Shown one piece after another: positions 9,836-21,327 of a DNA stretch of 36,013 nt. How positions within the stretch are numbered: position 1 is the first letter of the stretch; each line of letters starts with the position of its first letter. Source of the DNA: a virus. The notes beneath the pieces were generated by a model. It saw only the letters and a program-made list of their open reading frames with translations. It ran no database searches and was not told the DNA's origin. The stretch lies in UHGV virus genome UHGV-0124616. One strand, 5' to 3'. The position numbers and the translations under genes are program-made.

Positions 9836-11130
9836 TGGCATTAAATGAAGGTCAACTGGTCACGTATGCTCTGGATGAAATCATCGAAACCGTCCAGAAC
9901 CTGACGCCAATGGCGTCCAAAGTGACAAAATACACCCCTCCGGCAGAATCCATGCAGCGTTCAAGCAACACCGTGTGGATGCCTGTTGAGCAGGAAGCGC
10001 CAACCCAGACTGGCTGGGATTTAACTGGCAAGGCAACCGGGATTCTGGAGCTTTCCGTGAAATGCAACATGGGCGATCCGGATAACGATTTCTTCGAGCT
10101 TCGTGCAGATGACCTGCGTGATGAGCGTTCTTACCGTCGCCGCATCCAGGCATCCGCCAAAAAACTGGCGAATAACATTGAGTCAGCGATTGCCAAACAG
10201 GCAACTGAAATGGGCTCGCTTGTTGTTCACGATACCCGCGCAATTGGTCCATCTACTGGCCTGTCTGGCTGGGATTTTGTGTCTGATGCAGAGCGCCTGA
10301 TGTTCTCCAGAGAACTCAACCGCGACATGGGCATCAGTTACTTCCTGAACCCTGACGATTACCGCAAAGCAGGCCGTAACCTGGTAGATGGTGACATCTT
10401 CGGTCGCGTTCCTGAAGAAGCGTATCGCAACGGTACTATTCAGCGTCAGATTGCTGGCTTTGATGAAATTCTTCGCTCACCGAAACTTCCGGCAGTTACC
10501 AAGTCAACCGCTACTGGTGTAACTGTTTCTGGTGCGCAGAAGTTTAAGCCGCAGGCATACACCCTTGATACCGATGGTAACAAAGAGAACGTCGACAACC
10601 GTGTTGCAACGGTGACCGTATCTTCCACCACCGGATTTAAGCGCGGCGACAAAATCAGCTTCACTGGTGTGAAATTCCTGTCTCAGATGGCGAAGAACGT
10701 GCTGACTGATGATGCTACTTTCTCAATCACCCGTGTGATCGATGATACTCACATCGAAATCACGCCGAAACCGATTGCACTGGATGACGCTTCACTGACA
10801 AAAGAAGAGAAGGCTTACGCTAACGTAAACACATCTCTTGCTAATACCACTCCGGTAAACGTTCTGAACGTGGCAACAGCCACCGCTAACGTGTTCTGGG
10901 CTGATGACTCAATCCGCCTGCTATCTCAGCCGATCCCGGTAACCCATGAACTGTTTGCTGGCATGAAAACGTCTTCCTTCAGCATTCCTGGTATTGGTGT
11001 TAACGGCATCTTCGCAACGCAGGGTGATATCAACACTCTGTCTGGTAAGTGCCGTATTGCTGTGTGGTATTCAGCATGTGCTGTACGACCAGAGGCAATT
11101 GGTGTTGGTCTGCCTAACCAGACTGCGTGA
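9835..11130 (+). CDS. Major capsid (coat) protein (P22 gp5-like)
   Basis: 431 aa, [36 protein letters not shown]..., closely matching P22 coat as recalled. Confidence 0.97.
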   Translation: MALNEGQLVTYALDEIIETVQNLTPMASKVTKYTPPAESMQRSSNTVWMPVEQEAPTQTGWDLTGKATGILELSVKCNMGDPDNDFFELRADDLRDERSYRRRIQASAKKLANNIESAIAKQATEMGSLVVHDTRAIGPSTGLSGWDFVSDAERLMFSRELNRDMGISYFLNPDDYRKAGRNLVDGDIFGRVPEEAYRNGTIQRQIAGFDEILRSPKLPAVTKSTATGVTVSGAQKFKPQAYTLDTDGNKENVDNRVATVTVSSTTGFKRGDKISFTGVKFLSQMAKNVLTDDATFSITRVIDDTHIEITPKPIALDDASLTKEEKAYANVNTSLANTTPVNVLNVATATANVFWADDSIRLLSQPIPVTHELFAGMKTSSFSIPGIGVNGIFATQGDINTLSGKCRIAVWYSACAVRPEAIGVGLPNQTA

Positions 11131-11137
11131 TAACCAG

Positions 11138-11160
11138 AGGGAGCTTCGGCTCCCTTTTTT
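11138..11160 (+). terminator. Rho-independent terminator after the coat gene
   Basis: Hairpin AGGGAGC-TTCG-GCTCCCT followed by TTTTTT, 8 nt after the coat stop. Confidence 0.7.
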
Positions 11161-11174
11161 ATCTGGAGACAAAC

Positions 11175-11406
<232 letters not shown>

Positions 11407-11429
<23 letters not shown>

Positions 11430-11907
11430 TTTAGTTCTTGCGGCATTACGTAAGCTCGGCGTGGCATCAAATGCCACGTTAACCGATGTCGAACCGCAGT
11501 CTATGGAAGACGGCATCAACGACCTTGAAATGATGATGGCTGAATGGCTTGGCGGTGATGCGTCACCTGGTATCAACGTTGGCTACATTTTTGCTGATGC
11601 AGATGTTGCTCCGGATCCGGGCGATGAGCACGGTTTATCAAATAACGCTATCAATGCCGTCATTTTCAACCTTGCCTGCCGCATTGCTCCGGATTATGCG
11701 CTGGAAGCGTCAGCAAAACTTATAACTACTGCCAGATACGGGAAAGAGCGACTCGTCAAACTGTCTGCAATGGACAGAGCAAAAGCCGCTAAATGTAAGT
11801 CCGGTTATCCAAACCGTATGCCTGTTGGTAGCGGTAACCAGTTGGCGAAGTGGAATGGTTGGAATTACTTCCACCGAAAGGAACCTTGCGATAACGGGAG
11901 CGAATAA
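11407..11907 (+). CDS. Head-to-tail adaptor / tail accessory factor (P22 gp4-like)
   Basis: 166 aa from the internal ATG of ORF 11314..11907. [29 protein letters not shown]... matches the P22 gp4 N-terminus as recalled. The track's QSQSQS extension is the repeat read in another frame. Confidence 0.9.
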
Positions 11908-13326
11908 ATGCCTATTCAGCAACTTCCGCTTATGAAAGGTGTCGGCAAAGACTTTCGAAACGCCGACTATATCGACTATCTGCCAGTGAATATGTTGGCT
12001 ACACCCAAAGAAATCCTTAACAGCAGCGGATATCTTCGTTCATTCCCGGGCATTGCCAAACGTTCTGATGTGAACGGAGTATCGCGAGGCGTCGAGTACA
12101 ACATGGCGCAGAGTGCTGTTTATCGCGTGTGTGGTGGCAAACTGTACAAAGGAGAAAGCGAGGTTGGTGATGTTGCCGGAAGTGGTCGCGTATCAATGGC
12201 GCATGGTCGAACATCTCAGGCTGTAGGCGTTAATGGTCAACTGGTTGAGTATCGCTATGATGGCACGGTTAAAACCGTCTCAAACTGGCCTACAGGCAGC
12301 GGATTCACGCAGTATGAGTTAGGTTCAGTTCGCGACATTACGCGCTTACGTGGGCGTTATGCGTGGTCAAAAGACGGCACTGATTCATGGTTTATCACTG
12401 ACCTTGAAGACGAATCACATCCTGACCGATACAGCGCACAATATCGTGCCGAGTCTCAGCCTGACGGTATCATCGGCATCGGAACATGGCGAGACTTCAT
12501 TGTCTGCTTTGGTTCATCAACGATTGAATATTTCTCCCTGACTGGTGCAACCACTGTTGGTGCTGCTTTGTATGTCGCACAGCCATCGCTGATGGTGCAG
12601 AAAGGCATTGCCGGAACTTACTGCAAAACGCCGTTTGCTGATTCCTATGCGTTCATCAGCAATCCGGCAACAGGTGCGCCGTCTGTATACATCATCGGCT
12701 CCGGTCAGGTGTCACCAATCGCCAGCGCGAGCATTGAGAAAATCCTCCGCTCCTACACTGCTGATGAACTGGCTGATGGCGTGATGGAATCGTTGCGGTT
12801 TGATGCTCATGAGTTGCTGATTATTCACCTGCCGCGCCATGTTCTTGTTTACGACGCATCTTCAAGCGCCAATGGTCCGCAATGGTGTGTGCTGAAAACA
12901 GGCTTGTATGACGATGTGTACCGCGCTATCGACTTCATTTACGAAGGCAATCAGATAACGTGCGGCGATAAGCTGGAATCGGTGACCGGGAAATTGCAGT
13001 TCGATATCAGCAGTCAGTATGGGCTTCAACAGGAACACCTGCTGTTTACTCCACTGTTCAAAGCGGATAACGCCAGATGCTTCGATCTGGAGGTGGAATC
13101 ATCCACTGGCGTAGCTCAGTACGCCGACCGCCTGTTCCTCTCTGCAACCACTGACGGCATCAATTACGGGCGTGAGCAGATGATTGAGCAGAATGAACCG
13201 TTCGTTTATGACAAACGTGTTTTGTGGAAGCGAGTCGGGCGCATCAGGAAAAATGTCGGCTTCAAATTGCGCGTTATCACGAAGTCACCTGTCACTCTGT
13301 CTGGCTGCCAGATAAGGATTGAGTAA
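11908..13326 (+). CDS. Tail accessory factor / head completion protein (P22 gp10-like)
   Basis: 472 aa, same length as P22 gp10. Synteny gp4-gp10-gp26. Confidence 0.9.
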   Translation: MPIQQLPLMKGVGKDFRNADYIDYLPVNMLATPKEILNSSGYLRSFPGIAKRSDVNGVSRGVEYNMAQSAVYRVCGGKLYKGESEVGDVAGSGRVSMAHGRTSQAVGVNGQLVEYRYDGTVKTVSNWPTGSGFTQYELGSVRDITRLRGRYAWSKDGTDSWFITDLEDESHPDRYSAQYRAESQPDGIIGIGTWRDFIVCFGSSTIEYFSLTGATTVGAALYVAQPSLMVQKGIAGTYCKTPFADSYAFISNPATGAPSVYIIGSGQVSPIASASIEKILRSYTADELADGVMESLRFDAHELLIIHLPRHVLVYDASSSANGPQWCVLKTGLYDDVYRAIDFIYEGNQITCGDKLESVTGKLQFDISSQYGLQQEHLLFTPLFKADNARCFDLEVESSTGVAQYADRLFLSATTDGINYGREQMIEQNEPFVYDKRVLWKRVGRIRKNVGFKLRVITKSPVTLSGCQIRIE

Positions 13327-14174
13327 TGGCGGATTCGAATCTCAATGTGCCGGTAATCATTCAGGCTACACGACTCGACACATCAGTCCTTCCGCGTAAT
13401 ATCTTCTCGCAGTCATATCTGCTGTACGTTATTGCACAGGGTACTGATGTTGGTAATGTGGCTAACAAGGCCAACGAGGCCGGACAGGGCGCTTATGACG
13501 CACAAGTCAGGAACGATGAGCAGGATGTGATTCTCGCTGACCATGAGCAGCGAATTTCTGCTGCGGAAGCAACGCTTGTTAATCATGAGGAGCGAATCAG
13601 CCAGGCAGAATCAACTCTTCAGGAACATGAAACGCGAATCGCTCAGAATGAAAGCGATATTGCGTCGCTTGATACCAGAGTTCAGTCGCTGGAATCGCAG
13701 GTTTCAGACCATGAAACGCGCATCGATGCTCTTGAGTATGCCACTACGCGCAAGAAGTCAGAGGTTGTTTACTCTGGCGTATCTGTAACCATCCCGACAG
13801 CGCCGACCAACCTTGTTAGCCTGCTGAAAACGCTCACGCCGTCATCCGGCACGTTGGCACCATTCTTCGATACCGTTAACAACAAGATGGTTGTGTTCAA
13901 CGAGAACAAAACCTTGTTCTTCAAGCTGTCGATCGTCGGGACGTGGCCCAGCGGAACCGCCAACAGGTCAATGCAGCTAACCTTTTCCGGCTCTGTTCCT
14001 GACACACTGGTAAGCAGTCGCAACTCGGCGACAACGACCGATAACATCCTGTTAGCTACGTTCTTCAGCGTGGATAAAGACGGCTTTCTTGCCACAAATG
14101 GCAGCACGTTAACCATTCAGTCGAATGGTGCGTCGTTTACTGCCACAACCATCAAGATAATCGCGGAGCAGTAA
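13326..14174 (+). CDS. Tail needle protein (P22 gp26-like) with C-terminal knob extension
   Basis: N-terminus [43 protein letters not shown] matches P22 gp26 as recalled, followed by coiled-coil heptads. At 282 aa it is longer than P22 gp26 (about 233 aa), with a non-coiled C-terminal domain. Confidence 0.85.
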   Translation: MADSNLNVPVIIQATRLDTSVLPRNIFSQSYLLYVIAQGTDVGNVANKANEAGQGAYDAQVRNDEQDVILADHEQRISAAEATLVNHEERISQAESTLQEHETRIAQNESDIASLDTRVQSLESQVSDHETRIDALEYATTRKKSEVVYSGVSVTIPTAPTNLVSLLKTLTPSSGTLAPFFDTVNNKMVVFNENKTLFFKLSIVGTWPSGTANRSMQLTFSGSVPDTLVSSRNSATTTDNILLATFFSVDKDGFLATNGSTLTIQSNGASFTATTIKIIAEQ

Positions 14175-14629
14175 TGATTCAGTTCAAACCAACGCGAAAT
14201 ATCGACCTGATCGAAGCAGTCGGAAATCACCCTGACATTATTGCCGGAAGCAACAACGGTGATGGATACGACTACAAGCCTGAATGCCGTTACTTTGAGG
14301 TTAACGTGTACGGTCAGTTTGGCGGCATTGTTTACTATCAGGAGATTCAGCCTTTGACATTCGATTGCCACGCCATGTACCTGCCAGAGGTTCGTGGCTT
14401 CAGCAAGGAAATCGGGCTGGCGTTCTGGCGATACATTCTGACTAACACCACCGTTCAGTGCGTCACATCGTTCGCCGCACGCAAATTCCGACACGGGCAG
14501 ATTTACTGCGCAATGATTGGCCTTAAGCGTGTCGGAACCATCAAGAAATACTTCAAAGGCGTGGATGACGTGACTTTTTACAGCGCCACACGCGAAGAAC
14601 TAATCGACTTCCTGAATCACGGGAGATAG
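14174..14629 (+). CDS. Virion/assembly protein (P22 gp14-like, positional)
   Basis: 151-aa ORF in the gp14 position between tail needle and ejection proteins. Assignment is mainly by synteny. Confidence 0.6.
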   Translation: MIQFKPTRNIDLIEAVGNHPDIIAGSNNGDGYDYKPECRYFEVNVYGQFGGIVYYQEIQPLTFDCHAMYLPEVRGFSKEIGLAFWRYILTNTTVQCVTSFAARKFRHGQIYCAMIGLKRVGTIKKYFKGVDDVTFYSATREELIDFLNHGR

Positions 14630-14631
14630 CC

Positions 14632-15324
14632 ATGTTATATGCATTTAAGCTGGGCAGAAAGCTGCGCGGCGAGGAACCTTATTGCCCTGAAAAAGGCGGG
14701 AAAGGTGGCAGCTCTGATAAAAGCGCAAAGTATGCAGCAGAAGCTCAGAAGTATGCCGCAGACCTGCAAAATCAGCAGTGGCAGACGATCATGAAAAACC
14801 TTGCTCCGTTCACGCCGCTTGCGGAGCAGTATGTTAACCAGCTTCAGAATCTTTCCAGTTTAGAAGGTCAGGGGCAGGCACTTAATCAGTATTACAATTC
14901 TCAGCAGTATAAAGACCTTGCAGGTCAGGCTCGTTACCAGAGTCTTGCTGCTGCGGAGGCGACTGGCGGACTTGGTTCGACAGCTACAAGCAATCAACTG
15001 GCCACGATTGCCCCGACTCTCGGTCAGTCGTGGTTGTCGAACCAGATGAGCAACTACAACAATCTGGCAAACATTGGCCTTGGTGCGCTGCAAGGTCAGG
15101 CGAACGCCGGGCAGACATACGCCAACAACATGAGCAGCATTGCGCAGCAAAGCGCAGCACTTGCCGCTGCTAACGCCAATAAACCATCAGGCCTTCAGAC
15201 AGCAATTAGTGGCGGAACGTCTGGTGCGATTGCCGGTGCAGGTCTTGCCAGCCTTTTGGAAACATCAACACCTTGGGGCGCTGGCATTGGTGCTGGTATC
15301 GGATTGCTTGGCTCGTTGTTTTAA
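14632..15324 (+). CDS. Ejection (internal virion) protein, P22 gp7-like
   Basis: 230 aa (P22 gp7 is about 229 aa), Q/A/G-rich. Assigned by synteny. Confidence 0.8.
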   Translation: MLYAFKLGRKLRGEEPYCPEKGGKGGSSDKSAKYAAEAQKYAADLQNQQWQTIMKNLAPFTPLAEQYVNQLQNLSSLEGQGQALNQYYNSQQYKDLAGQARYQSLAAAEATGGLGSTATSNQLATIAPTLGQSWLSNQMSNYNNLANIGLGALQGQANAGQTYANNMSSIAQQSAALAAANANKPSGLQTAISGGTSGAIAGAGLASLLETSTPWGAGIGAGIGLLGSLF

Positions 15325-15333
15325 GGGGTAATC

Positions 15334-16629
15334 ATGGCTACTTGGCAAGGATCAAATGGCGGATTGTTAGCTGGTATCGGCGGCGTCAACTCAAACGCTC
15401 CGAGCGTAAATGACATCGGCAATACGCTTCAGCTTATCAGGCAGAACAATGATATTGAGCGTTCAGGCGCTAACAATGTTGGGCTGACTGCTTTGCAAGG
15501 TCTTTCAGGTATTGCAGGGGTGTTTCAGCAGGAAAAGCAGGCTCAGCGGCAGAAAGAATTTCAGCAGGCGTACGCTAATGCTTATGCGTCTGGTGATCGC
15601 GGAGCTTTGCGTCAGTTGGCTACTCAATATCCAGACCAGATTGAATCCGTTCGTAAAGGCATGGGATTCATTGATGAAGATCAGCGTAATTCTATCGGCA
15701 CCTTAGCGGCTGGCGCACGCCTTGCGTCATCGTCTCCAGAAGCAATGCAATCATGGCTGCAAAACAACGCCAATGAGCTGGCGCGCGTCGGTGTTGACCC
15801 TAATAACGTTGCTCAGATGTATCAGCAGAATCCTTCAGGATTTGGTGAGTTTGTTGATCACCTTGGAATGGCTGCTCTTGGTCCGATTGATTACTTCAAT
15901 GTTCAGGACAAGATGGCTGGTCGTGAAATTGACCGAGGCAGGCTGGCAGAGACAATCCGCAGCAATCAGGCAGGTGAAGCACTAACAGCTCGAGGTCAGG
16001 ACATCCAGATACGTGGACAGAACATCAGCGCACAGAATGCTGCTCTTTCCCGAGAAATACAAAGAGCAGAATTACAAGAAAAGGCTCTGGACAGACAGAT
16101 AGCCAGAGAAAGCAATCAGTTAAAGCTTGAAGAGCTAAAACAGAAACAGGCAGATGTTCGGCAAAAGGCTGACATAGCCCGCGCTGACAGGCAGGCCGCC
16201 GCTCAGGGTGCAGTTGATACGTTCAGCACCGCGCTTGATTCTCTCAACGAGATAGAGCAAAGCCCCGGCCTTTCAAAAGCAGTAGGAATTCGCTCAGCGT
16301 TTCCGACAGTTCCTGGCTCTGATGCGGCTAACTTTGAAGCAAGGCTCGACACCTTTAAAGCTCAAACATTCCTTCCTATGGTGCAGTCCCTGAAGGGTAT
16401 GGGTGCTCTTTCAGATGCTGAGGGTAAAAAATTATCCGATGCGGTTGGTGCCCTAAGCCCCAAAATGAGTGAAAAGGCTTTTCGTGACTCTATCGGAAAG
16501 ATTAGAAATCAGCTTGAAAGCAAGTTGAGCACTGTTAAAAAACAGTTTGATTATCAGGAGCCAGTACAGAATACGCCAGCGCAACAACCTACTACTGGCA
16601 GTAATTTTTCTTCACTATGGGGTGATTAA
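15334..16629 (+). CDS. Ejection protein, P22 gp20-like
   Basis: 431 aa. Assigned by synteny between gp7 and gp16. Confidence 0.8.
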   Translation: MATWQGSNGGLLAGIGGVNSNAPSVNDIGNTLQLIRQNNDIERSGANNVGLTALQGLSGIAGVFQQEKQAQRQKEFQQAYANAYASGDRGALRQLATQYPDQIESVRKGMGFIDEDQRNSIGTLAAGARLASSSPEAMQSWLQNNANELARVGVDPNNVAQMYQQNPSGFGEFVDHLGMAALGPIDYFNVQDKMAGREIDRGRLAETIRSNQAGEALTARGQDIQIRGQNISAQNAALSREIQRAELQEKALDRQIARESNQLKLEELKQKQADVRQKADIARADRQAAAQGAVDTFSTALDSLNEIEQSPGLSKAVGIRSAFPTVPGSDAANFEARLDTFKAQTFLPMVQSLKGMGALSDAEGKKLSDAVGALSPKMSEKAFRDSIGKIRNQLESKLSTVKKQFDYQEPVQNTPAQQPTTGSNFSSLWGD

Positions 16630-18626
16630 TGGCTAAAGCATGGAAAGATGTTATCGCCTCTCCACAGTATCAGGCGTTAGCACCAGAACAAAAAGCGCAA
16701 GCTCAGGAGCAATACTTCAATGAAGTCGTGGCCCCGCAAGCCGGAGAAAATGCAGAGCAGGCTAAGCAAGCTTTCTATGCTGCCTATCCATTGCCATCTG
16801 TACAGCCAGTGGAGACACAGCAACCAGTAGCACAGCAACAACCACAGCAAAGTGGATTTATGTCTGATCTTGGCGAAGCAGTAAAAGAGACTGGTCGCGG
16901 ACTGGTGCAGGCTGGCGTGAACGTGGCAAATATACCTGCATCAGTTGCCGATGCTGTAACAAGCGCGGCGGCTTGGGCTGGCGGTAAACTCGGCATTGGC
17001 GATGGTACATATCAACCAGCGCCACGAGTAACAACGCAGGGATTAGAGCAGGACTTTGGCCTTCAGCAAGGCGCGCTGACTCCACAAACGACAGAGGGAA
17101 GGGTATTTGCTGAAGCATTGCCTTACCTCACTCCTGCTGGCGTTGAGAGAGCGGCGGTACAGGCACCAACACTTGCTGGTCGAATTGCTCAGGGGGCAAC
17201 TCGCCTTCTAGCAGAAAACGCAGTTGGATCACTTGCTGCAAATAGTGCGAAAGATGATGCGGAAGCACTCGCCACCGATTTAGGCGTTGGTGTACTTGCT
17301 GGCGGTGCTATTAACGCTGCTGGACGTGGATTAGGTGCTGCTTATCGTGGCGTTCGTGGTGCTATCGCGCCAGAAGCGCAGCAGGCTATCAGATTTGCAG
17401 AGCGTGAAGGAGTTCCTCTGCACACCACAGACCTGTTACAACCGACTTCCCGCATCGGTAAAATGGCGCAAACGACAGCAGAAAATATCCCCCTGGCTGG
17501 CACAAGCGGAATGAGAGCAACGCAACAGGAAGCGAGAAGCCAGTTGGTTCAGAGATTTGCTGATAAATTCGGTGAGTATGATCCAGCGGTTGTTATTGAC
17601 AGCCTTAAAGCGAAAACATCAGGAATTCGTCGCGCTGCAGGAAATCGACTGGAGCAGGTTCAGAATGCTATGGCGGGAATAAACATTCAGCCTGCAAGAG
17701 CAATTCAGCAGATTGATACAGAAATATCTAACCTGCAGAAGCTTGGTAAGGTTGCTGATAACGAGACTATTTCAAAACTTCAGTCCTATCGTGATGAGCT
17801 TGTTCGCAATGCTGGTCCTGATGGTCCGGTAAATCTGGATTTGAAGCAATTAAGCGATCTGCGCAGCCAGTTCAGAATGGACGTAAAGGGTGAGCGACCA
17901 GTGTTACCAAACCGTTCCGATGCTGCCATTCAGCGCGTTTACAAGGCAATGACCGACGATATCAATGGTGCCATTGGTCAGAATCTTGGCAACGATACTC
18001 TACGTAAATATCAGCAGGCCAATGCCGTCTACGCTGACGAAGCAGCGAAATTAAAGAATACAAGGCTGAAGAATGTTCTCATGAAAGGCGACCTGACGCC
18101 GGAAGTTGTCAACAACATGCTATTCAGCAAGAACAAATCGGAAATTAAGACGCTGTATAACTCAGTTGGTCGTGTTGGTAGGGCGCAAATGCGCAATGGC
18201 ATCATTGGGAAGGCGATGGAGAAATCAGGTGGATCCCCTGACCAGTTCCTTCAACAGCTTAACATCCTGCAAAACCAGACTGGCATCACATTTAAGGGGC
18301 AGGACGCTGCTTATCTGAAAGGATTAAAAAACTATCTGCAATCCACGCAGCAGGCTGCAAAAGCGGCAGTAACAACACCAACAGGGCAGCAAACCATCCC
18401 GTTCATTATCGGGTATGGTACGGCAATGAACCCGGCGACAACTGGAGCAGCAGTAAGCTACGGACTTCTTGCTCGCGCCTATGAGAGCGAGCCATTCAGA
18501 AATGCAATGCTCCGAATGGCAAACACATCACGCGGATCAACAGCGTTTGAGAAAGCCATGCAGCAGGCGCAAAAGGCCATTAACGCCCTGACTCAGGGTG
18601 CCAAGTCTGATGCGTTGTCAGAATAG
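16629..18626 (+). CDS. Ejection protein, P22 gp16-like
   Basis: 665 aa. Last gene of the ejection-protein trio, by synteny. Confidence 0.8.
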   Translation: MAKAWKDVIASPQYQALAPEQKAQAQEQYFNEVVAPQAGENAEQAKQAFYAAYPLPSVQPVETQQPVAQQQPQQSGFMSDLGEAVKETGRGLVQAGVNVANIPASVADAVTSAAAWAGGKLGIGDGTYQPAPRVTTQGLEQDFGLQQGALTPQTTEGRVFAEALPYLTPAGVERAAVQAPTLAGRIAQGATRLLAENAVGSLAANSAKDDAEALATDLGVGVLAGGAINAAGRGLGAAYRGVRGAIAPEAQQAIRFAEREGVPLHTTDLLQPTSRIGKMAQTTAENIPLAGTSGMRATQQEARSQLVQRFADKFGEYDPAVVIDSLKAKTSGIRRAAGNRLEQVQNAMAGINIQPARAIQQIDTEISNLQKLGKVADNETISKLQSYRDELVRNAGPDGPVNLDLKQLSDLRSQFRMDVKGERPVLPNRSDAAIQRVYKAMTDDINGAIGQNLGNDTLRKYQQANAVYADEAAKLKNTRLKNVLMKGDLTPEVVNNMLFSKNKSEIKTLYNSVGRVGRAQMRNGIIGKAMEKSGGSPDQFLQQLNILQNQTGITFKGQDAAYLKGLKNYLQSTQQAAKAAVTTPTGQQTIPFIIGYGTAMNPATTGAAVSYGLLARAYESEPFRNAMLRMANTSRGSTAFEKAMQQAQKAINALTQGAKSDALSE

Positions 18627-18715
18627 CTTCGCAAACACCAGGAACGTGCAAAAACCAAATATGTAGAACGCAATATTCAGCATATCTCTTTGCATAAATC
18701 CTCCGTAACTGATAG

Positions 18716-18976
18716 TTAGCTGCTGTCTTTTTTATATAGCTCTTTGAGCGTATCAAAGACAATTTTCTTAACCATATCAGATTGTTGTTCTGCCATACGC
18801 TCTGCATCGTCAATGTAAACTGATGCAGAGCTTTGTTTAGCCAATGATTCTTCAATCGCTGCAATTATCTCTGAGTTCAGAGACCTGTTATTCATCTTCG
18901 CACGCTGTTTAATTTTCGCGTGGAGTTCATGCGGAAGTCTCAAGTGAAACTGCGCCTCGTCGTATTTGCTGCACAT
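18716..18976 (-). CDS. mnt: Mnt-like repressor (Arc/MetJ ribbon-helix-helix family)
   Basis: FHLRLPHELHAKIKQRAKMNNRSLNSEIIAAIEESL...MVKKIVFDTLKELYKK parallels P22 Mnt as recalled. Start taken at the internal ATG with RBS GGTGAGG. Confidence 0.8.
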   Translation of the reverse strand: MCSKYDEAQFHLRLPHELHAKIKQRAKMNNRSLNSEIIAAIEESLAKQSSASVYIDDAERMAEQQSDMVKKIVFDTLKELYKKDSS

Positions 18977-19050
18977 CCTTGATGCCTCACCAGTTGGGTG
19001 GAATTGCATCGTAACCTACTGGATAAATACTCAATAGTACCATTTCGGTA

Positions 19051-19071
19051 TGCAATCACATCATGATTGCA
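19051..19071. promoter_or_regulatory. Perfect 8-5-8 inverted repeat TGCAATCA-CATCA-TGATTGCA; candidate operator
   Basis: Seen directly in the mnt/tailspike divergent intergenic region, about 27 bp upstream of the tailspike ATG. Confidence 0.45.
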
Positions 19072-19097
19072 TCATATCATTCGTCTGGAGCAATGAA

Positions 19098-21008
19098 ATG
19101 TCAGATATCACCGCAAATGTTGTGGTAAGCATGCCTTCGCAACTCTTCACTATGGCTCGTTCTTTTAAAGCCGTAGCCAATGGCAAAATTTATATCGGTA
19201 AAATTGACACTGACCCGGTAAATCCTGAAAACCAGATTCAGGTTTATGTGGAGAACGAAGACGGCTCTCACGTTCCTGTTTCGCAACCAATCATCATTAA
19301 CGCTGCTGGATATCCGGTATATAACGGACAGATTGCCAAGTTCGTAACTGTGCAAGGCCATTCTATGGCTGTTTATGATGCATATGGTTCGCAGCAGTTC
19401 TATTTTCCGAATGTGTTGAAGTATGATCCTGATCAGTTTCGTCAGGAACTGGCAGGTAATAGTGGTGCGTCACAGATTGGTTCCTCATCAGGGAATACTG
19501 TTCAACAAGAAATAGATCGTCTAAATAATTTTGGTTATGCTTATGGTGTTAGATTAAGCGCGTATATGCATGAAAGCGACCCCTTAACAAGCGCCCTGAC
19601 TGCATCACGGGAAAAAAGACTACCACTTGTCATTGATTGTGATGCGACATATAAAACTTTAGTGGTTTACAGTAATGACAGAATAATTGGCTGCGGTGAT
19701 CATACATTAACAAAATCCGGTAATGATAAGCCATCCATTCCACCGGCACAACAACCAGAACGCCCTTCTGGTTCGATGACTAATTTTAGTGAAATTGATG
19801 CAGGTATCGTTATTGTTCACCCTGACAATGGGTCGGCAACCAATATTATTATTTCAGGGTTTAACCTCGCGACTAACTCACATTGCGACTATGCGATACA
19901 TTGCTCTTTCATGTCTTTTACAAAAATAGAAGATATGAAGTTCAACGGGTACAAGCGTGGGATTAAATGGTACAACGCCTATGGAAATCAGCTATCCAGA
20001 ATATTTTCACTTTACTACTATTCTGTCACTGATGTTTTTTCAGACTATATTTGCTACGATTTTTCTGACGGTAACTACCCATCAGGCACATCAAATACCC
20101 TAACAAACGTAACATGCACCAACTATAAGAAATGCTATTACGTAGCAAATCTAAACTACTCTACATTTACCAATTGTGGTGGTGAAGGAGTAGAGTCACC
20201 AACACCAGTATCCACAGGAAACATCCCACAGACCTTCGAGTTTGTTAATTGCCCTAATATTGTTTTAAACACTCCATATACCGAAAATTTAAAAGGTGGT
20301 TTTATCAGAGCAGTTAGTGATGCTTCAGGTGTTTTTAGTGGTGCTTCTACAATAGTTATTAATGGGCCAGAAGCTGTTGTTGGTATAGCAGGGACAACTG
20401 CAGATGTTGGGGCTAAGTTGTTAGACATTCGCGGTTCTGTTAACTGTGTAATAAATGGCGGGTACATGACAGGTGCGGCGAGCGGGTATTTCCTTGAGTT
20501 TGGCGGGGCATCGGATGACGCAACCCTTACGATAATAGGGATGGAAATGCGCAATGTATTAGAACAAATACGAAGCCACTTTGGCTATAACGGAATTAAC
20601 TCTATAAAAGGGTTAAGGCCTATGCAGTTACTAAGAAAAGGTATAAGTGATGCAACTGGAAGTGGAATTGTTAACTGGAAAAGTGCGTCTATAGACGATT
20701 ACTTTATGAATGCTGGTAATTATACAAAAACAGCGCTTGGTGGATTTTATAAGATAGAAATTACGTTACCCATAGGATCTTCCGCATCAGGCGGAGAAGT
20801 TCAACTCTTGCTGTCAGATACGGATACAGACAATGGAGTTATAATTTCACAATGCTATGTTCCTCCAGTGTCAAGCGGTAAGTTTACTGCCTCCATAAGC
20901 TACGAGGGTAGATTGCCAGGTGGAAAGTTTCTTTATGTAAAAACTAATAATGCCAATTGGTCATCTGGATACGATCCAGACTCAATATTTAATGTTGTTC
21001 TGAAATAA
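19098..21008 (+). CDS. Tailspike protein: P22 gp9-like head-binding domain fused to a divergent receptor-binding domain
   Basis: Start at the internal ATG with RBS GGAG. The first ~110 residues ([43 protein letters not shown]...) match the P22 tailspike as recalled; the remainder is unrelated and visibly AT-richer. Confidence 0.9.
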   Translation: MSDITANVVVSMPSQLFTMARSFKAVANGKIYIGKIDTDPVNPENQIQVYVENEDGSHVPVSQPIIINAAGYPVYNGQIAKFVTVQGHSMAVYDAYGSQQFYFPNVLKYDPDQFRQELAGNSGASQIGSSSGNTVQQEIDRLNNFGYAYGVRLSAYMHESDPLTSALTASREKRLPLVIDCDATYKTLVVYSNDRIIGCGDHTLTKSGNDKPSIPPAQQPERPSGSMTNFSEIDAGIVIVHPDNGSATNIIISGFNLATNSHCDYAIHCSFMSFTKIEDMKFNGYKRGIKWYNAYGNQLSRIFSLYYYSVTDVFSDYICYDFSDGNYPSGTSNTLTNVTCTNYKKCYYVANLNYSTFTNCGGEGVESPTPVSTGNIPQTFEFVNCPNIVLNTPYTENLKGGFIRAVSDASGVFSGASTIVINGPEAVVGIAGTTADVGAKLLDIRGSVNCVINGGYMTGAASGYFLEFGGASDDATLTIIGMEMRNVLEQIRSHFGYNGINSIKGLRPMQLLRKGISDATGSGIVNWKSASIDDYFMNAGNYTKTALGGFYKIEITLPIGSSASGGEVQLLLSDTDTDNGVIISQCYVPPVSSGKFTASISYEGRLPGGKFLYVKTNNANWSSGYDPDSIFNVVLK

Positions 21009-21327
21009 CAATATTTATAATGATGCACGCAAAGCTTTGTACTGGATTGCAAGGCTTTATGTCATTCGATAGTTAAGGTGGGTCACTCCACCTTCCCATC
21101 AAGCCAGTCAGCCCACCACTGCATCATTTCTCTGCATTTATCGTAGTTGATGCGTCACTATCACACTGTAATAGCTTATTACTGGTTTGCAGACAGGTAG
21201 TCATTAACAGATACCTGCGCATGAAGACGGAACTAGTCCAGATGTGATATTTGTGGTGATCACATACATCATCAACGATGCTCGTTATGGTGAGTTTGAT
21301 GACTACCCACTGAGGTGAAAATTGTGT

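Noticed and set aside
21073-21095. Hairpin AAGGTGG-GTCACT-CCACCTT about 65 nt after the tailspike stop, as a late-operon terminator
   Set aside because: No U-tract follows it, so it is not a canonical intrinsic terminator; it may be structural or part of att.
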